Below are positions 14,286 through 27,300 of a stretch of DNA of 64,000 bases, piece by piece. The DNA lies in NCBI GenBank assembly GCA_001938485.1, contig MQRK01187445.1, positions 86,164 to 150,163 on the forward strand, read 5' to 3'. Position 1 is the first letter of the stretch. Each line of letters begins with the position of its first letter. The stretch comes from Girardia tigrina (lineage: Eukaryota). The notes beneath the pieces were generated by a model that saw only the letters and a program-made list of their open reading frames with translations, searched no databases and was not told the origin of the DNA. The position numbers were made by a program, and so were the translations under genes.

Positions 14286-14518
14286 CACATTGAATGCTGA
14301 GTACGAGATATCTCGTACTTCAATATTCATTAGTTAGACGCTAAGAAAATGACTGCATGGACATGCTAAACAAAATTCAAAAATTTATAGTTAATCAATA
14401 AATAGAATCAATAAAGATATAACAAGTATATGCCTGCCGCGCGGCAGTAAACTTTTTTGTCCCACGCGTAGCGCGTGTAGCAGACGTTCGGTGCATGATG
14501 TCAACAGCAGTCAATGTA
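14286..14518. mobile_element. piggyBac-type MITE
   Basis: TTAA on both flanks; TIRs cacattgaatgctg / (rc) tacattgactgctg. Confidence 0.75.
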
Positions 14519-14569
14519 TTAAATGAATAATGTTCAGTAAAATAAAAATTAAGTCTTTTATAAGTTTTT

Positions 14570-16100
14570 TGATAATACTCGAGTCGTTTTAATGGTCGAC
14601 CTCTTATTCTTTTCTCACCAATTGATATTTTCTATGTGCTTAGTGGAGATTTAACGTGTTTAAGCGCATTGCCAATCCAATTACATGCTTGCACTTGTAT
14701 TGATTTAAATAGATAGGGCTATTGTATACGCTGTTTTGACATGAATTATTGTCGTGACTCATGTGAAATTTCCGAACTTCAAAAGCCTTTTTCTTGTATT
14801 GTGTAAATGTCTTCCATTTCTGCTCTTCGATGAACGTTATCTCTTCTTGTGTGACCTTGACTGCTTCACCTCTTAGACAGTAATAAATAAAAGTTCTTTA
14901 TTAAACTTAATCCACTAATATGATGTCTTCCAATCTTGAAGTAAAATTGTCGGATATGTTAACACAACAGATTTATTACCATGTAAATATTCATGAGACC
15001 ATTTATTTGCAGAATCAAGACACACTTAAAAAAAATCTTAGTGACAATCTCTCTCTTAGAGTTTACTCTTTCTTCATTTCTAAGTTAAACGACTCCAAAT
15101 CATTGTTAGTAAATAGTGCATTATGTATTGCGCCTTCATACCAATTTTTATAGGATGTGAACCATATATCATTCATATACGAAATAAAATCACGTTTATT
15201 TTCCGCTTTTTTATAAAACACTCCTTCGATTTATTAAGCATACTAGTTAGCCATTTTTTTAAAATTTTGAATCGACGAAATAAAACCCAAACTCAGTTCA
15301 CCTTTTTAAATCTTTATATTTTCAAAAATTTTGTTTTTACAATTTGATAGAATTGATTAATTAAAACAAATTTAACCTTTTTTTTAAAATTTCACAATTA
15401 TAATTCGATTCTTTTTTATACAATTAAATAAAATGTTTTTATCAAAATCAAATTAAAATTTATTTTATTTTGAACATTTTTTTCCTTTCTTCAATCAATT
15501 CGGTAAATGATTTGAGTCGAACACATACTAATAGTTGATGCCAACTAAAATACCAAGATCTTCTTCAACTTCCTCTCTTTTGTTTTCATAAACAAGATTC
15601 TAATACTTAATAATATTTCGTCGCACATGTGTCCAGCACATAATTAAAACTTTTTCAAGAAATAACTCTAAAAATCCTCTCAAATAGCTTCCGAAGGATA
15701 TCAAACATTCCAAATTAGCAAGCTCTTGTGAACTATCCAAATTGTTTTAGATATAAATTTAAAGTCCCTCTTTCTTTCATTTGAACAAACAGCAATGAAA
15801 ATAGGATGGAAATGATGATCCATATCAATAATACCAACAACGAACATTTACATACCTTACCAATTCAACTTCAATGTCGCATCATTTGTCCGAGTTGAAA
15901 GCATTATTAAGTAATCGTTTTTTGATATGACAACACGAAATGATTTATCTTTAACTTGAACCTCTTCGTTATTGATAACTTGACTTTTCTGTCCATAAAT
16001 GCAATCCATTATCAACCACATTCCTTTTTCTACGCACACACTCACACGAGAAATAATATACACGATTGAAATAGAACCTATTCACCTATTGAATCTTAAG
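14570..16100 (-). mobile_element. Decayed MULE (Mutator) transposase with SWIM finger
   Basis: DATLKLNW.G..FVVGIIDMDHHFHPIFIAVCSNE near 15780-15890. SWIM-like CPIYLNQYKCKHVIGLA and an RGRP AT-hook near 14590-14725. Boundaries approximate. Confidence 0.65.
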
Positions 16101-16249
16101 TGTGTGTATCTGAATGTAAAGGAGGATTTTGAATTATCGAACTTATGTTGCTGGACGATTCAAGTTGCTATTAATAGAGTTCTAGAAATATTCTTTTGCA
16201 CATTCATTGGCTATAAATTGCGAAAGATTATTCTAGAATATCTTCTAGT

Positions 16250-17340
16250 CTTCTAATTCTGGACTATAAAAGCTATTTCAGTATTTTTTGCGATGGACCT
16301 TCAACTTCTTTAAGTTGTTGAAAATCCAGGTTTTTAACTTGTATTATCAGTTTGCAACTCCTTAATACTAGCCTCCTTCTCGAAGGTACTTCTCAGAAAA
16401 TGTAATTGAAGCTCTTTACAAAGAAATGGAAACAAATATTTCGGAATGTCTCAGAGAAGTAGACAAAGCTTCTTTTACAGTGGACATTTTGACTGCCAAG
16501 TATACAAAACAAGCATATATAAACCTTACTGCCCACTGGATAACGTATCAATTTGAACGCAAAAATATATTTCTGCATTGTCAACCTTATTATGAAGCAC
16601 ATAATGTTAATGAAATGTGAAATACCTTTAATGGTATGCACGCCATATGAAAATTGGTGGATAGAGTCCACAATGTCGTTTATGATCATGGTCACAATAT
16701 TGTTAAAGCCATTGCAGATCTCCAGTTTCCACACGTTTCCTGCCTCACCCACACTCTACAATTGGTTATTCAAGATGGCTTATTAGATATACCCTGACGG
16801 AGTACACAATGAAGTTTCCACAATAGTCTCATCTTCACCAACTTCAAAAGGAAAAAGAGTGGGGGGACAATCCATGGGAAATCATCGATGAATTTATGAT
16901 ATCCAAAACAAAACAACAGTTCTGGGTTCGATGAGGAACTTAAGAATTATCTCTCGAAACCGTCTATTCATCGCGATAACAATCCATTGCACTGGTGGAA
17001 GATCAACAAGATAAGATTTTCATTTCTGTCAAGCTTCGCCAGAGTATTTTTTCCTTCGTCTCCAACCATTGTTCCCTCTGAACGATTATTTAGTGCTGCT
17101 GGTGATGTACTCACTGATCGTCATTGCCATCTTATACCAGAACGTGCAGAGCACATTATTTTAATAAAAGCGAATATTTCTCTCTTCGAGGAATTTACAT
17201 AATAAACATAGAAAAATTTTAATACTTTCATAATGAAATAAAGGTTTCAATGAATAAATAATTCTCCAACTAAAACCGACTGATTTTGTCCGGAGCCGGA
17301 TAGTAAAATATAACCGGAATTCGACTCCGGTCGGAGAAAA
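16250..17340 (+). mobile_element. Decayed hAT transposase, including the C-terminal dimerisation domain
   Basis: VVENPGF, SFTVDI.T..YINLTAHWI, HVSCLTHTLQLVI, PLHWWK...PSERLFSAAGDVLTDR..L.PE; ccgg subterminal repeats at ~17290-17335. Confidence 0.88.
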
Positions 17341-17780
17341 AATTATTATTTTTACTTCTTGGGATGGAGGTCCATTTATTACTTAGTCACTCAGCTAACG
17401 ATAATCAGTTAAAAAAAGGAAAACTACTGTAGAAACAAAATATTATTATTATGTTATAATAAAGAAGATAATAATAAAAAATCAATAGCAAGTGATGATA
17501 CAATTATTATTCTTGCAAATAACTGAACTTACGTCTCAAGCAATTTTTCGAGAAGTATTTTGCGAAATTTAGAACATTTTTTTGAAGTCAAAAAAATATC
17601 TAAACTTTCTCATTCACTATTTAATAGGAAGTATTTTACGGAGGAATTCGATACAGGATTTAAAACATTTTTTCAAAACTAAAACAATCTCTTCCGGATA
17701 AATACGAAGACATTGATGAACTTATCTAGATCTCCTTATCTCCATGACTATAATTAGATTTTTGTGTATAAGACTATAAT

Positions 17781-17835
17781 TGTTGTCTTGCTTCAATTAT
17801 TGTTAAAAGGTACATTTATTATTTATTTTATGAAA
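17781..17835 (+). repeat. 55-bp direct duplicate of the RING exon 3' end and splice donor (other copy 18486-18540)
   Basis: 54/55 identical: tgttgtc(t/c)tgcttcaattattgttaaaaggtacatttattatttattttatgaaa. Confidence 0.9.
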
Positions 17836-17926
17836 TTTATTTATTTATTACAATTCCTGTTGACCTCTCATCTTTTTACGGTGACTAAAAATATTTTCAT
17901 GGATTTTCTTCTGTTCATCTTATTGG

Positions 17927-17975
<49 letters not shown>

Positions 17976-18025
17976 NNNNNNNNNNNNNNNNNNNNNNNNN
18001 NNNNNNNNNNNNNNNNNNNNNNNNN

Positions 18026-18077
<52 letters not shown>

Positions 18078-18353
18078 CTGTACTTAAAATATATTTTTGA
18101 TTTATAACAATCTTCACGAAATGATGTTATGGATTAATGACATATTTAATTAAATATTTAGTATTGCTAATTTTGAATGTTAATTAATGTGCTTGTAGTG
18201 TTTTATCAATAGAAATTCACAGAACTGCCACTTGTATTGTGAATCATAATTATAAATATTGATAAGTATTTTTTCATGTTCGAAATATGTACATTTATTG
18301 AATATTGTTTTAATATCATATTAAAATTATCAAATTTTGTTATTTTTGTGTAG

Positions 18354-18514
18354 ATATGTAAACAGCCTCTGGTTGATCCTTTAGAGACTAAGTGTGGTCA
18401 TACATTTTGTACCGCCTGTCTAAAATCCCACTTGGTTGTACAAGCTCTTTGTCCTGAAGACAAACAAATTATCAATTTTTTAGAATGTTGTCCTGCTTCA
18501 ATTATTGTTAAAAG
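18354..18514 (+). CDS. LNX: LNX1/2-like E3 ubiquitin ligase, RING-finger exon (internal; phase 0 in, phase 2 out)
   Basis: Acceptor tttttgtgtag|ATA and donor AAAAG|gtacat. Translates ICKQPLVDPLETKCGHTFCTACLKSHLVVQALCPEDKQIINFLECCPASIIVK, a C3HC4 RING lacking its first Cys (expected in an upstream exon). Closely resembles the LNX1/2 RING (ICLQPL..PL.T.CGHTFC..CL...L.....CP.D). Not in the ORF track. Confidence 0.9.
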
Positions 18515-18902
18515 GTACATTTATTATTTATTTTATGAAACACAAATCGACTAATCAACTAGAATATTTATTTCTGAAATATTTTTTTTGATTATTTTAT
18601 TAGTGTTCTAAACACCTAGTTTTATTGATAACACTAACTACCGCAATAATCTTCTGTATTCTTACTCTTTTACTTACTATTAAACGTTTATGTGCTCTTT
18701 TATCTTCAAATTAAAATATTTTAGATTTCTCTATTTTTATCAATGTTGCATTTTATGACATTCTTTTATTTTCAAGTAATTTTATTGTTCATGTTATCTC
18801 TATACTCTTTTATTAGAAAATGTGTTGAGATAATAAACACGTTGCTCTTTCATTTTGAAAATTAAACGGTTCATGAAATTCATCAAAAATGAAAGATTTT
18901 TT

Positions 18903-18950
<48 letters not shown>

Positions 18951-19000
18951 NNNNNNNNNNNNNNNNNNNNNNNNNNNNNNNNNNNNNNNNNNNNNNNNNN

Positions 19001-19039
<39 letters not shown>

Positions 19040-20291
19040 CATGGTGTTTTTTTTAGCATAACTTATCCCGTATGTGGATCTTGGTGGTAAATCAATCGAC
19101 TTGGTCAATTAGCTTTTGAATGCAGACAAGGGTAATCTCATTCCAATTTTGCTCCTAATGAATGAATTTCTTGTCTATACTTGTTGCCTTTAGTCCATTA
19201 AATTTCCTTCCAGTAGTCTCCAAGAGGTTTTCATTAGGATTAAGATCAGGAGACTGCGATGGGCATTTCAGGAGATTCATTCTTCTTTCTTGATGAAATC
19301 AGTCCGAGACGAAGTCAGAAGTGTGCTTTGGATCATTGTCTTGGTAGGATATCCAACCACGACCAATAACACACTTTACATGTGAAATCATTTGGGTTTT
19401 TAGAATGTCCCCTGTAGACATAACGGTCTATTGTGCCGAGAATGTTGACGAGGGGCTGACGCCGTTTAGGTAGAAACCATTAATTTGCCTTCACCATGTT
19501 TGAGGGTGAAAAATGATAGCGAGGAATTGATCTGTCACTCTCAGGATGCATTACATACGTTATTCCATCCAATCTGAAGAGAAGAAAAGAAAATTCCTCC
19601 CAGAAGTGTACCTGTCTTTTGATGTCCAATAAAGGTGCTTCTTGGCAAATGAGACTCTGCTATGCCGATTCTTCAGAGAAGTCAGTGGTTACTTGGCCGG
19701 ATGTCTTCTAAGAATTCTGACTGAGCAAAGCCTACACTAGACAGTTGATGGATACAGCTTAACGTCTTGGTTATTGTCCAATTCCTCCTTATACCTACCG
19801 CGTTGATACGAGGGTTGAGGTGGACGTACGGACGATAACAGGATCTGATCTCTGTGTGGTCTTACGGCGTCGGCCAAAACCGGAAAGAGTGTCATGGTGG
19901 TGGCGGGACTTATAAGGAGACAGTAAGTACATTACTGTTCTTATGGAGACTGAGCTTCTTGCAAAGGTCGTTTATAGAGAAACTGAGGGAATGACCATCA
20001 TAAAGAGCCATGCGGACGTCGGTGGAGAGCTCATGAACCTTACTAATTTATAAAACTGTAACGAAAATTAATATAAATTATAGAAAATATAAAAAATTTA
20101 GGATAAAAATTGAAAAATAATAAAGCGAAATTAAAATTTTCCGACTGATTCCGGAGTTTGCCATTTCGTGGTGCGCTTACAATATACCGGAACCGAACGA
20201 TAAACTAAAAATGAAGATGCACCTGTACCGAAACTAGAAAGAGTGTGTTTGAAAAAACCTCATTTTTAGAAAGTTATTATTAAAAAATACA

Positions 20292-20296
<5 letters not shown>
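19040..20296 (-). mobile_element. Tc1 (DD34E-type) element, decayed
   Basis: Imperfect TIRs catggtgttttttttagcataactt / (rc) tatggtgtattttttaataataactt in TA-rich flanks. Minus strand gives YQDNDPKHTS and SQSPDLNPNENL. Confidence 0.82.
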
Positions 20297-20333
<37 letters not shown>

Positions 20334-22949
20334 TTTGTATTTCTTTTGCTTTTGATGATTCTCATAAATTATTTTCTAGTTTCTTTTAGTGATATTTATT
20401 CTTTTCAAATCTTTATAAGAAAAACGAAAATTTTTCTACTGAAAATAAAAAAAAAGATATCTTCAAATGTAATTCTTTAAACAACTCTGATAAAATCTAT
20501 TTGAAATATAGATTAAATGGAGTATGATAGTTCAATTTGAAATGTGATATGAAATATTCATTAGTTTAATGTTCATTCGGTTAAGAGATTACTTTATAAA
20601 ATAAATTTTTAATACCCATCTTATTGAATTTGGAAATTTATAAATTATTTTAATAATATGAATTAAAATAATGGTAAAATTTATATTGGTTACAAACAAA
20701 CATCGAAATTTTCTTATGACAACATGGATGAGTTGCTAGTTATCACTAGATCTTCCAAGCCGGTCAAAATGACCGGTTTAAATTTTCTCCCCAGAAAATT
20801 ACTTGATACAAATATATTTTTTCAAAAAAAATGCATGATTTTTTTTACATTTCGTAGTAATTAATTTTATGATAGATTATAATTTTATAATACGTTTCTA
20901 ATAAAAATAATTTTGTTATATACGTATTTATACCGACACCGATCATTTTGACCGGTATATGTATATCAAAGGGATACCGGTATAAATAAGAGCGATTGTC
21001 TAGATGACACTTAAGCGTAAAAAGAACTTTATGGCTTATGATCAGCTGATTTTCCTTATCATAAAACATTTGCTCAGTTATTTGTTTACATTCATATGTA
21101 AAAGTTGCATTTATGATATTGGGTCTTTTTCGTTGTATGTATAGAAAATATTTTTTATCAATTATTATTATCAAGATTGATTTTATTTTTATTATAAAAT
21201 GAAAATTCCAAAAACAATTGCCAAATTTATAGAAACATTAAATGACATTCCCTGGGAATGTTCCAATATTGAAGATAGTGAAAAATGTGATAGGGAAAAT
21301 GAAAAAAATGTATGATAGTCGTTGAATAATAAGGGACTCGATAAATTAACTATGTAATTTAGAGAGTTCCTTTTAATTATTGTAAATAATCAAATAAACT
21401 AAAATCTTTAAACTAGTATACATAAATTAGAAATAAAACAGTTAAAAAAGATTTTCCACAAAGTATCACAAAAAGAATTTTCTGTGAGAAATAATTACAA
21501 TAAAAAATTAATTTACTTTTTTGTTTTTAACTACAGTCTGTAAATTAACCGGAAGTTCGGAGAAGAATTTACAACTATATTATTTGTCTCGATTGGTATC
21601 TGGGATTGAAGAGATATGGATAAATGAACGTGTTTTTAATTGATAAGAATTTGTATTGTCTAAAATAATGAAAGTTTTTGGTGGATCAACTCGAGTTTTT
21701 ATCGATAGTATTATATTATATTGAAAGTATTATATTACTGTTGCAACGATGAATTAATTTCCTGAACTAAAATGAAAATCAATCAGTTAAGATTTGGAAT
21801 GGAGATTGAAAATTTCTTTATTTTCTTTTATTCAATTTTACTCTTTCAAAATTAGATACAAATTGAGTTGAATTATAAATTCAATTTTAATTCAACTTTA
21901 TCTTTTTAAATTATAATAAATCGCATAAAGCGATACTGATTTTTTTAATTTTTAAATTTTTATTTTATTATACTTAAATTAAATATGGAAATTAAGTAAT
22001 GCTTCTAATTAAATTACCAAATCGAATATTTTTTTGGTTTATTTAGCACGAGCATGAGTTTTGCAACATTTATTATTATCACAAGTGCATTCACTATTTG
22101 ACATCTCTCTTGATCAATTTATTTCTGAGTTCACACTAATTATTTTCAATAAATGAAAATCTGTTAATAAAAACTATTAATTATAAAGAATGTAATTGGT
22201 TGAAATTAAATCTAAACATTTTTAAAAAAGAACATATTAAATTAATATATTAAAATTTTAAATTACATTAAAAAATAAATAATGCATTCAAAAATTATTT
22301 TAAATCTTTTTACTTTAAAATTAAATTAAATTATTTTTAATTAGTAAGAATCAAAAAAAATATCAATCATCCATCTGTGTAGGAGAGGCACAATCCGAAT
22401 CAACATACAACATGCACAATATCAGCACACAATTCAAAACATTCCTCACACTAAATATTGAGCAAGTACATATTGCCTTATATTTGAGATTAAATATACC
22501 AAGTCTTTTATTTTTATTTATAATTATGTTATATTTCGTAGATTAATATTTTATATCATTGTTTTCCTTTTTGAAAATTTTACACGTTTCTGACTAAATG
22601 GATAATCATAACCATTTTCATTTACATACATTTTTAAAAATAATTTTTAAATTCTTATAAATAAAAGAACAAAAAACAAGTATTTTTGAAAGTCTTGCCC
22701 TCTTAATTTGTTCCTTATAATACAGAAACACTACATGAAACTTTTGAACAATAAAATCTTGTGTTTAGGAAAAACTCAAGCTCTTTAAATTTACGAAAAT
22801 TATGGAAATTACTTAAATTCTCAAATTTATTTAAAAAAAATCAGTATTTATTTTTTAACACAATAACATTGTAATCTCAGTTCAGTACTGGACAGAGGTC
22901 ATGGTGTCAGTTCAACAATTTCTAATTTTTTTGTTTATGTGATACTCTA

Positions 22950-25700
22950 GACAGTTTGTTTCCTGTTGTCAGGGTACATTCGACAATGATCCTCGATAAC
23001 TTGCAGGATGAATTGTTATTGCGATTTTATTGCGAGTTAACAAGCCGCTGTATTCCTGAATTAACGCAACTCCACATTCAGCGTTATTATTTACTACTTT
23101 CAGCGACTTAACTGTTTCTTTATCTTGACTGAAATCATCTCTGTTTTCCCACAAATCCGGATCAACCGCGTGGAATCCACGTGAAAGTTCCATCATTCGT
23201 AGCAGGGTCATCGACTTAGCTGTGACAAAGTCTTCAAAATTCTTATCCTTAAAGGAATCGAGAGCAATTGTAAGTGTAATTCTCTTGGAATGATCCTTAT
23301 CTTGATCTTCTTCATTCTGTTCTTCACTCACTATCAGTTTCTTGGTTGACGAACTAACCTGATCGTCGAAGAAAACCAAGCTAACAAGTTCCTCTGACAG
23401 GTACCACAAATCATTGGAAAACTTCAGAGATGTTTGCTTTGATATTACCGAATGGATAGAGGAGTATTCCAACAGAGACTTGAGAAAGTTACTGTAAGGA
23501 GCACCGGATGCTTGAAGTGCAGAGATCCAGGCTTTCAGATTTATGCGTACTGCAAACACACCCACATCGCGTAATCCTCTTTTTTTACATGATTCAGTTT
23601 GAATTGAGCCTTGAACATCCAGATCTTGAGACTGTATATGACTTTACTCATCCAGCAAGCATGAATTATTGCTCCGGACAACAAGAATCGCACAGCTGGC
23701 AGGAGCAGCACCGAGAAAGACAATCGTGACGTCTAAGAATTCTTTATAGTCATCTCTCGGCTGGCTCTGTTCAAGATTCTTAATGATGTCAGACTCGCAT
23801 TCATCCTAATTTTATTTCTAGTTCGGGCGTTTATAATCATGCTACCTCAAAAGCAGAAACAGACTCCCGAATCACAGTAAGCTCAATAAGAAATAATGTT
23901 TTTAACGGAAACAGAGCTTCATCGAGGAGGCTACTTTCATTTGCATTTTTACAGATAAACGAAGAAGCCAAATCTAAAGTGCAGGGTTTATCAACACTTT
24001 CTCGGAACATTCAAAACTAGAGGTGCATGTCTTTCGGTATTCCAGCTATTCCATTATCTTGAACAGGATATGATATTCAAGATTCTTTTAAATATCTAAT
24101 CGATGGCTCACTTTTTTGGCATATAACTTTATGATTCATGGTAGAGATAGAATTTGAATATTTGCTTCTGAGTCAGGAATAATGATTTGTGTACAAATAA
24201 AATATGGTCCTGTTACAGAACATTTCTCCGAATATTTGGTCTCAGATTTTTAGGATATACATCGTTATAGAAGAAAGAAGCTTCCTACGAGTCTTTGCTT
24301 TATTGCAAAATAATCAAAAAATAACTTATGAAAAACTTTTTCCCGCAGAGATTTGCGACAAGAATGTAAACCAGTAAAATGTATAATGGATTTTGAAATA
24401 ACTTTGCATAATGGATTCAAATACGTTTTTAATGATGCTACGATTTTGGGTTGTTTATTTCATTTTAGTCAGTCATGCAGGCGTAAAAATTGTGATTTAG
24501 GAAAAAGAATTCAGTACAATAATTTATAATCATTTGCACTTAAAATAAAATGCTTTAGTGTGTTAGCATTACTACAATTATATGATGTCATTAAATGACT
24601 TGAACTTCTCATAGATGATGACGATATTCCAGTTGATTTTACAGTGTATTTCGAACAAACCTATATAGACATTCAAAAAGGATAAGGTCAATGACAAAGA
24701 AGAGTAAAACCTTTTTTCCCACCTGAAATTTGGAAGGTCAGACAGCGTACTATTAATAATATTCCTAGAACAAACAATTCGATGGAAGAATTTAACAATG
24801 CGTTAAGAGCGTCACTCAAAAGTTTGAATCCCAACATATGGTCTTTGTGTTCTGCATTACAAAAAGAAGAAGCACTAACACAAACAAAATTAATTCATGG
24901 CAAAAGAGGAGATTCTTTACTTAAAAAATAATAATGTAAATAAAAAAATTTTAAATCTTGTAGAAAGATATCAAGCAAACTCAATTGTTGAGTTTTTGAA
25001 GTGTCGCAATAAATTGACATTAGTTTACATAAATTGTTTCGTTTCATTTATTCGACTTTTATTATCATTTTTATTAATATAATTTTCATTATTATAATTT
25101 TCCATACTGGAATTTTCGTTGGTGCAATTTACATGAAATCCAAAATCAATGGTGCTTGCCTTATGTTTTCCACTAAATTTGCCACGTCGTCTGTAGCAAT
25201 CCTTGGTTCATATTTGACCGTATCTATGAATGCACAGTATTTCTGGAAGCATTTGAAGAGGTAAACCACAGGAGAGGAAGTGGCTTCCATACAAAATTGG
25301 AACACTGCACCAAAAATCAGTTCTATAATGTGATGCCTGCAAGCCGGTAACAACAGCTCCTCTTTAAGCTTCTGCTCTAGGATGACACAGGTACCTGCTT
25401 TCCGACCAGTATTCTAGCTGGTTGTATCAAAACACATAGCTCGGATACTGTCGACTATGCCAAAATCTTCAATGGCTCCAAAAACAGCAGCACCCTCAGT
25501 CTCGCATAGAAGCTTGGCTAGTGTGAGTAGCTAAGAAACTCTTTGTCCTGAAACCAACACTGGCAGGCGATCAACATTCTCTTTTCTATTAGGCTAGGTA
25601 TAAGTTTCCCGTTCAAATGAACAACAAAGGAAACGTTGTCCTGAAACTCAGACTTTATGTTTGCTGTTCTCTGGACTCTGTGTCACATCTGTGTCGTCGA
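22950..25700 (-). mobile_element. Decayed hATm-like (cc8K15.2-like) transposase, interrupted by other insertions
   Basis: Motifs VDRLPVLVSG, CFDTTS*NTGRKAGTCVILEQKL, ACRHHIIELIFGAVF, GAIIHACWMSKVIYSLKIWMF, LWYLSEELV..FFD and VVNNNAECGVALIQEY. Confidence 0.75.
24200..25100 (+). mobile_element. MULE transposase fragment nested in the hATm-like element
   Basis: FALLQN..K.TYEKL, MDFE.....F...F....I.GCLFHFSQS and PRTNNSMEEFNNAL. Confidence 0.8.
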
Positions 25701-26149
25701 ATCGACTCTCTGTTTTGAGCCAGTGTACATAGATGACATTTTCTATCAGAAATTAATCTGAACAAAATAGAAAAGGCATTTTTATCAATTATTTAACATT
25801 TGGAATCATGAATTTTACTATTTTAAACTTGAAACATTTAGCTCTGTCAATTCAAAAATAAGTGTATTAATAAATTAGAGCTTCAATTAATGAAGAAAAC
25901 ATTCTGAATTTATATATTGCTGCAACAATTGTAAAAATATTTGGACTCTACCTGTCAACCTATACACTGCAAAATACAGATGAGCTAGGTGTGAGCCCGG
26001 CCCGTGGTCCTGCCCGTGCCGTACCCGGCATATACGGAGTAACTGCATTATTGTAGTACTTCTGTAATAAGGTCTTTTCTCAGAAAGAAATGTTTAGATG
26101 CCGAAATTCTGAGAATAAAGTATTTATATACTAACACATTTTCTCAGTG

Positions 26150-27300
26150 GGTTCATTACGTGAATTTCTCCAAAGACAGAACCGTATTGCTACTATCATA
26201 AAAAATATTCAATATCGTTGAAATAAGTAAAGTCGCTATAGAGTTGATACCACATTTTGTCAGTCGATAATTGCTCATGTTGATACTTTACTCGTGGTGC
26301 TGGGTAGATCCTTGAACATTTATCACATTGATTTATAACTTTCTTAACTTGAACCAACTTGACTCAGCTGACTACATATTTTTCTTTCAGTATTTCATTC
26401 GTTCTGTTGATCCCAAAGTGACGTATATCATGTATTTCCTTGTTGCATTAGGATCCATTTCAATAGCATTTACTGACACTTCTTCATCCACCGTTTCGGG
26501 ACCCCGATCATACTATCTGACAAATTAGACTGGGATTTCACTAATTCCAGTACCACTTCCAATTTTCCTGGTCCTTCAATTAACTAATGATATCAAACAT
26601 TTATTGCACTAAGTGTTCAGATAAGTGTGAATTCTGGGATAATGTATTCTTCAATACTGACATGAGCCATCCGTATACTGTTGCTGACTCCGTCATCAGT
26701 TTGAACTTATGAAAGCCCTAAATTATTGCCAAATTTATATCCCTGATGGTCTCATCCAGTTCGTTCATACATGCAACCCGTAACCATCCCGAAACTGGTA
26801 CATAAAGTATCCACTTCCATTAAATTCCTTGTAATTCTTGTCTCGTTGCTTTATCGAGATATGTGGTTGCAAGCTTTTAGTCTCATTTCAACTGTTAATT
26901 GCTTTTCACATTCAGTTCAAAACTCTATCTTTATTAAAACCAATACTTTCTATCGGTTTAGATTCCAATCCCAAGGGCTGAAAAATTTTTACAACCTCAT
27001 CTGAAATACAAAAGCTTTCTACAATAAATACATGATCAATGTATCCCGACGCAGATATCATTCGTTCTTCATTGAGTGTGATTTTTACTATCTTATACAT
27101 GACTTTCAGTGTAATGGACAGACCAATTTCTACACTTGGTCATTCTACATGACTGGCTGATACATCCACAGATCAGGGGATACCATTACTTGCAAACATG
27201 CCTTTTTGAAATCCATCACAGTGCAGTTAGGACCTAAATTCTGCCACTCCCACAGTAGTGACTGACAAATAACATAATTCCAACCTGTTTAGCTATGAAT
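26150..27300 (-). mobile_element. Probable highly decayed Gypsy gag/protease region
   Basis: Fragments resembling gag (EVDT...GC.Y.ELDETIRD) in a GC-elevated stretch with many stops. Confidence 0.35.

Noticed and set aside
1-18353. Upstream LNX exon with the first RING cysteine
   Set aside because: No convincing DDDL.C-type phase-0 exon found by eye; probably outside the window.
17764-19061. ORFs with IYIYIY runs (also 36184-36582 and 38511-38699)
   Set aside because: Translations of (TA)n microsatellites across N gaps, not genes.
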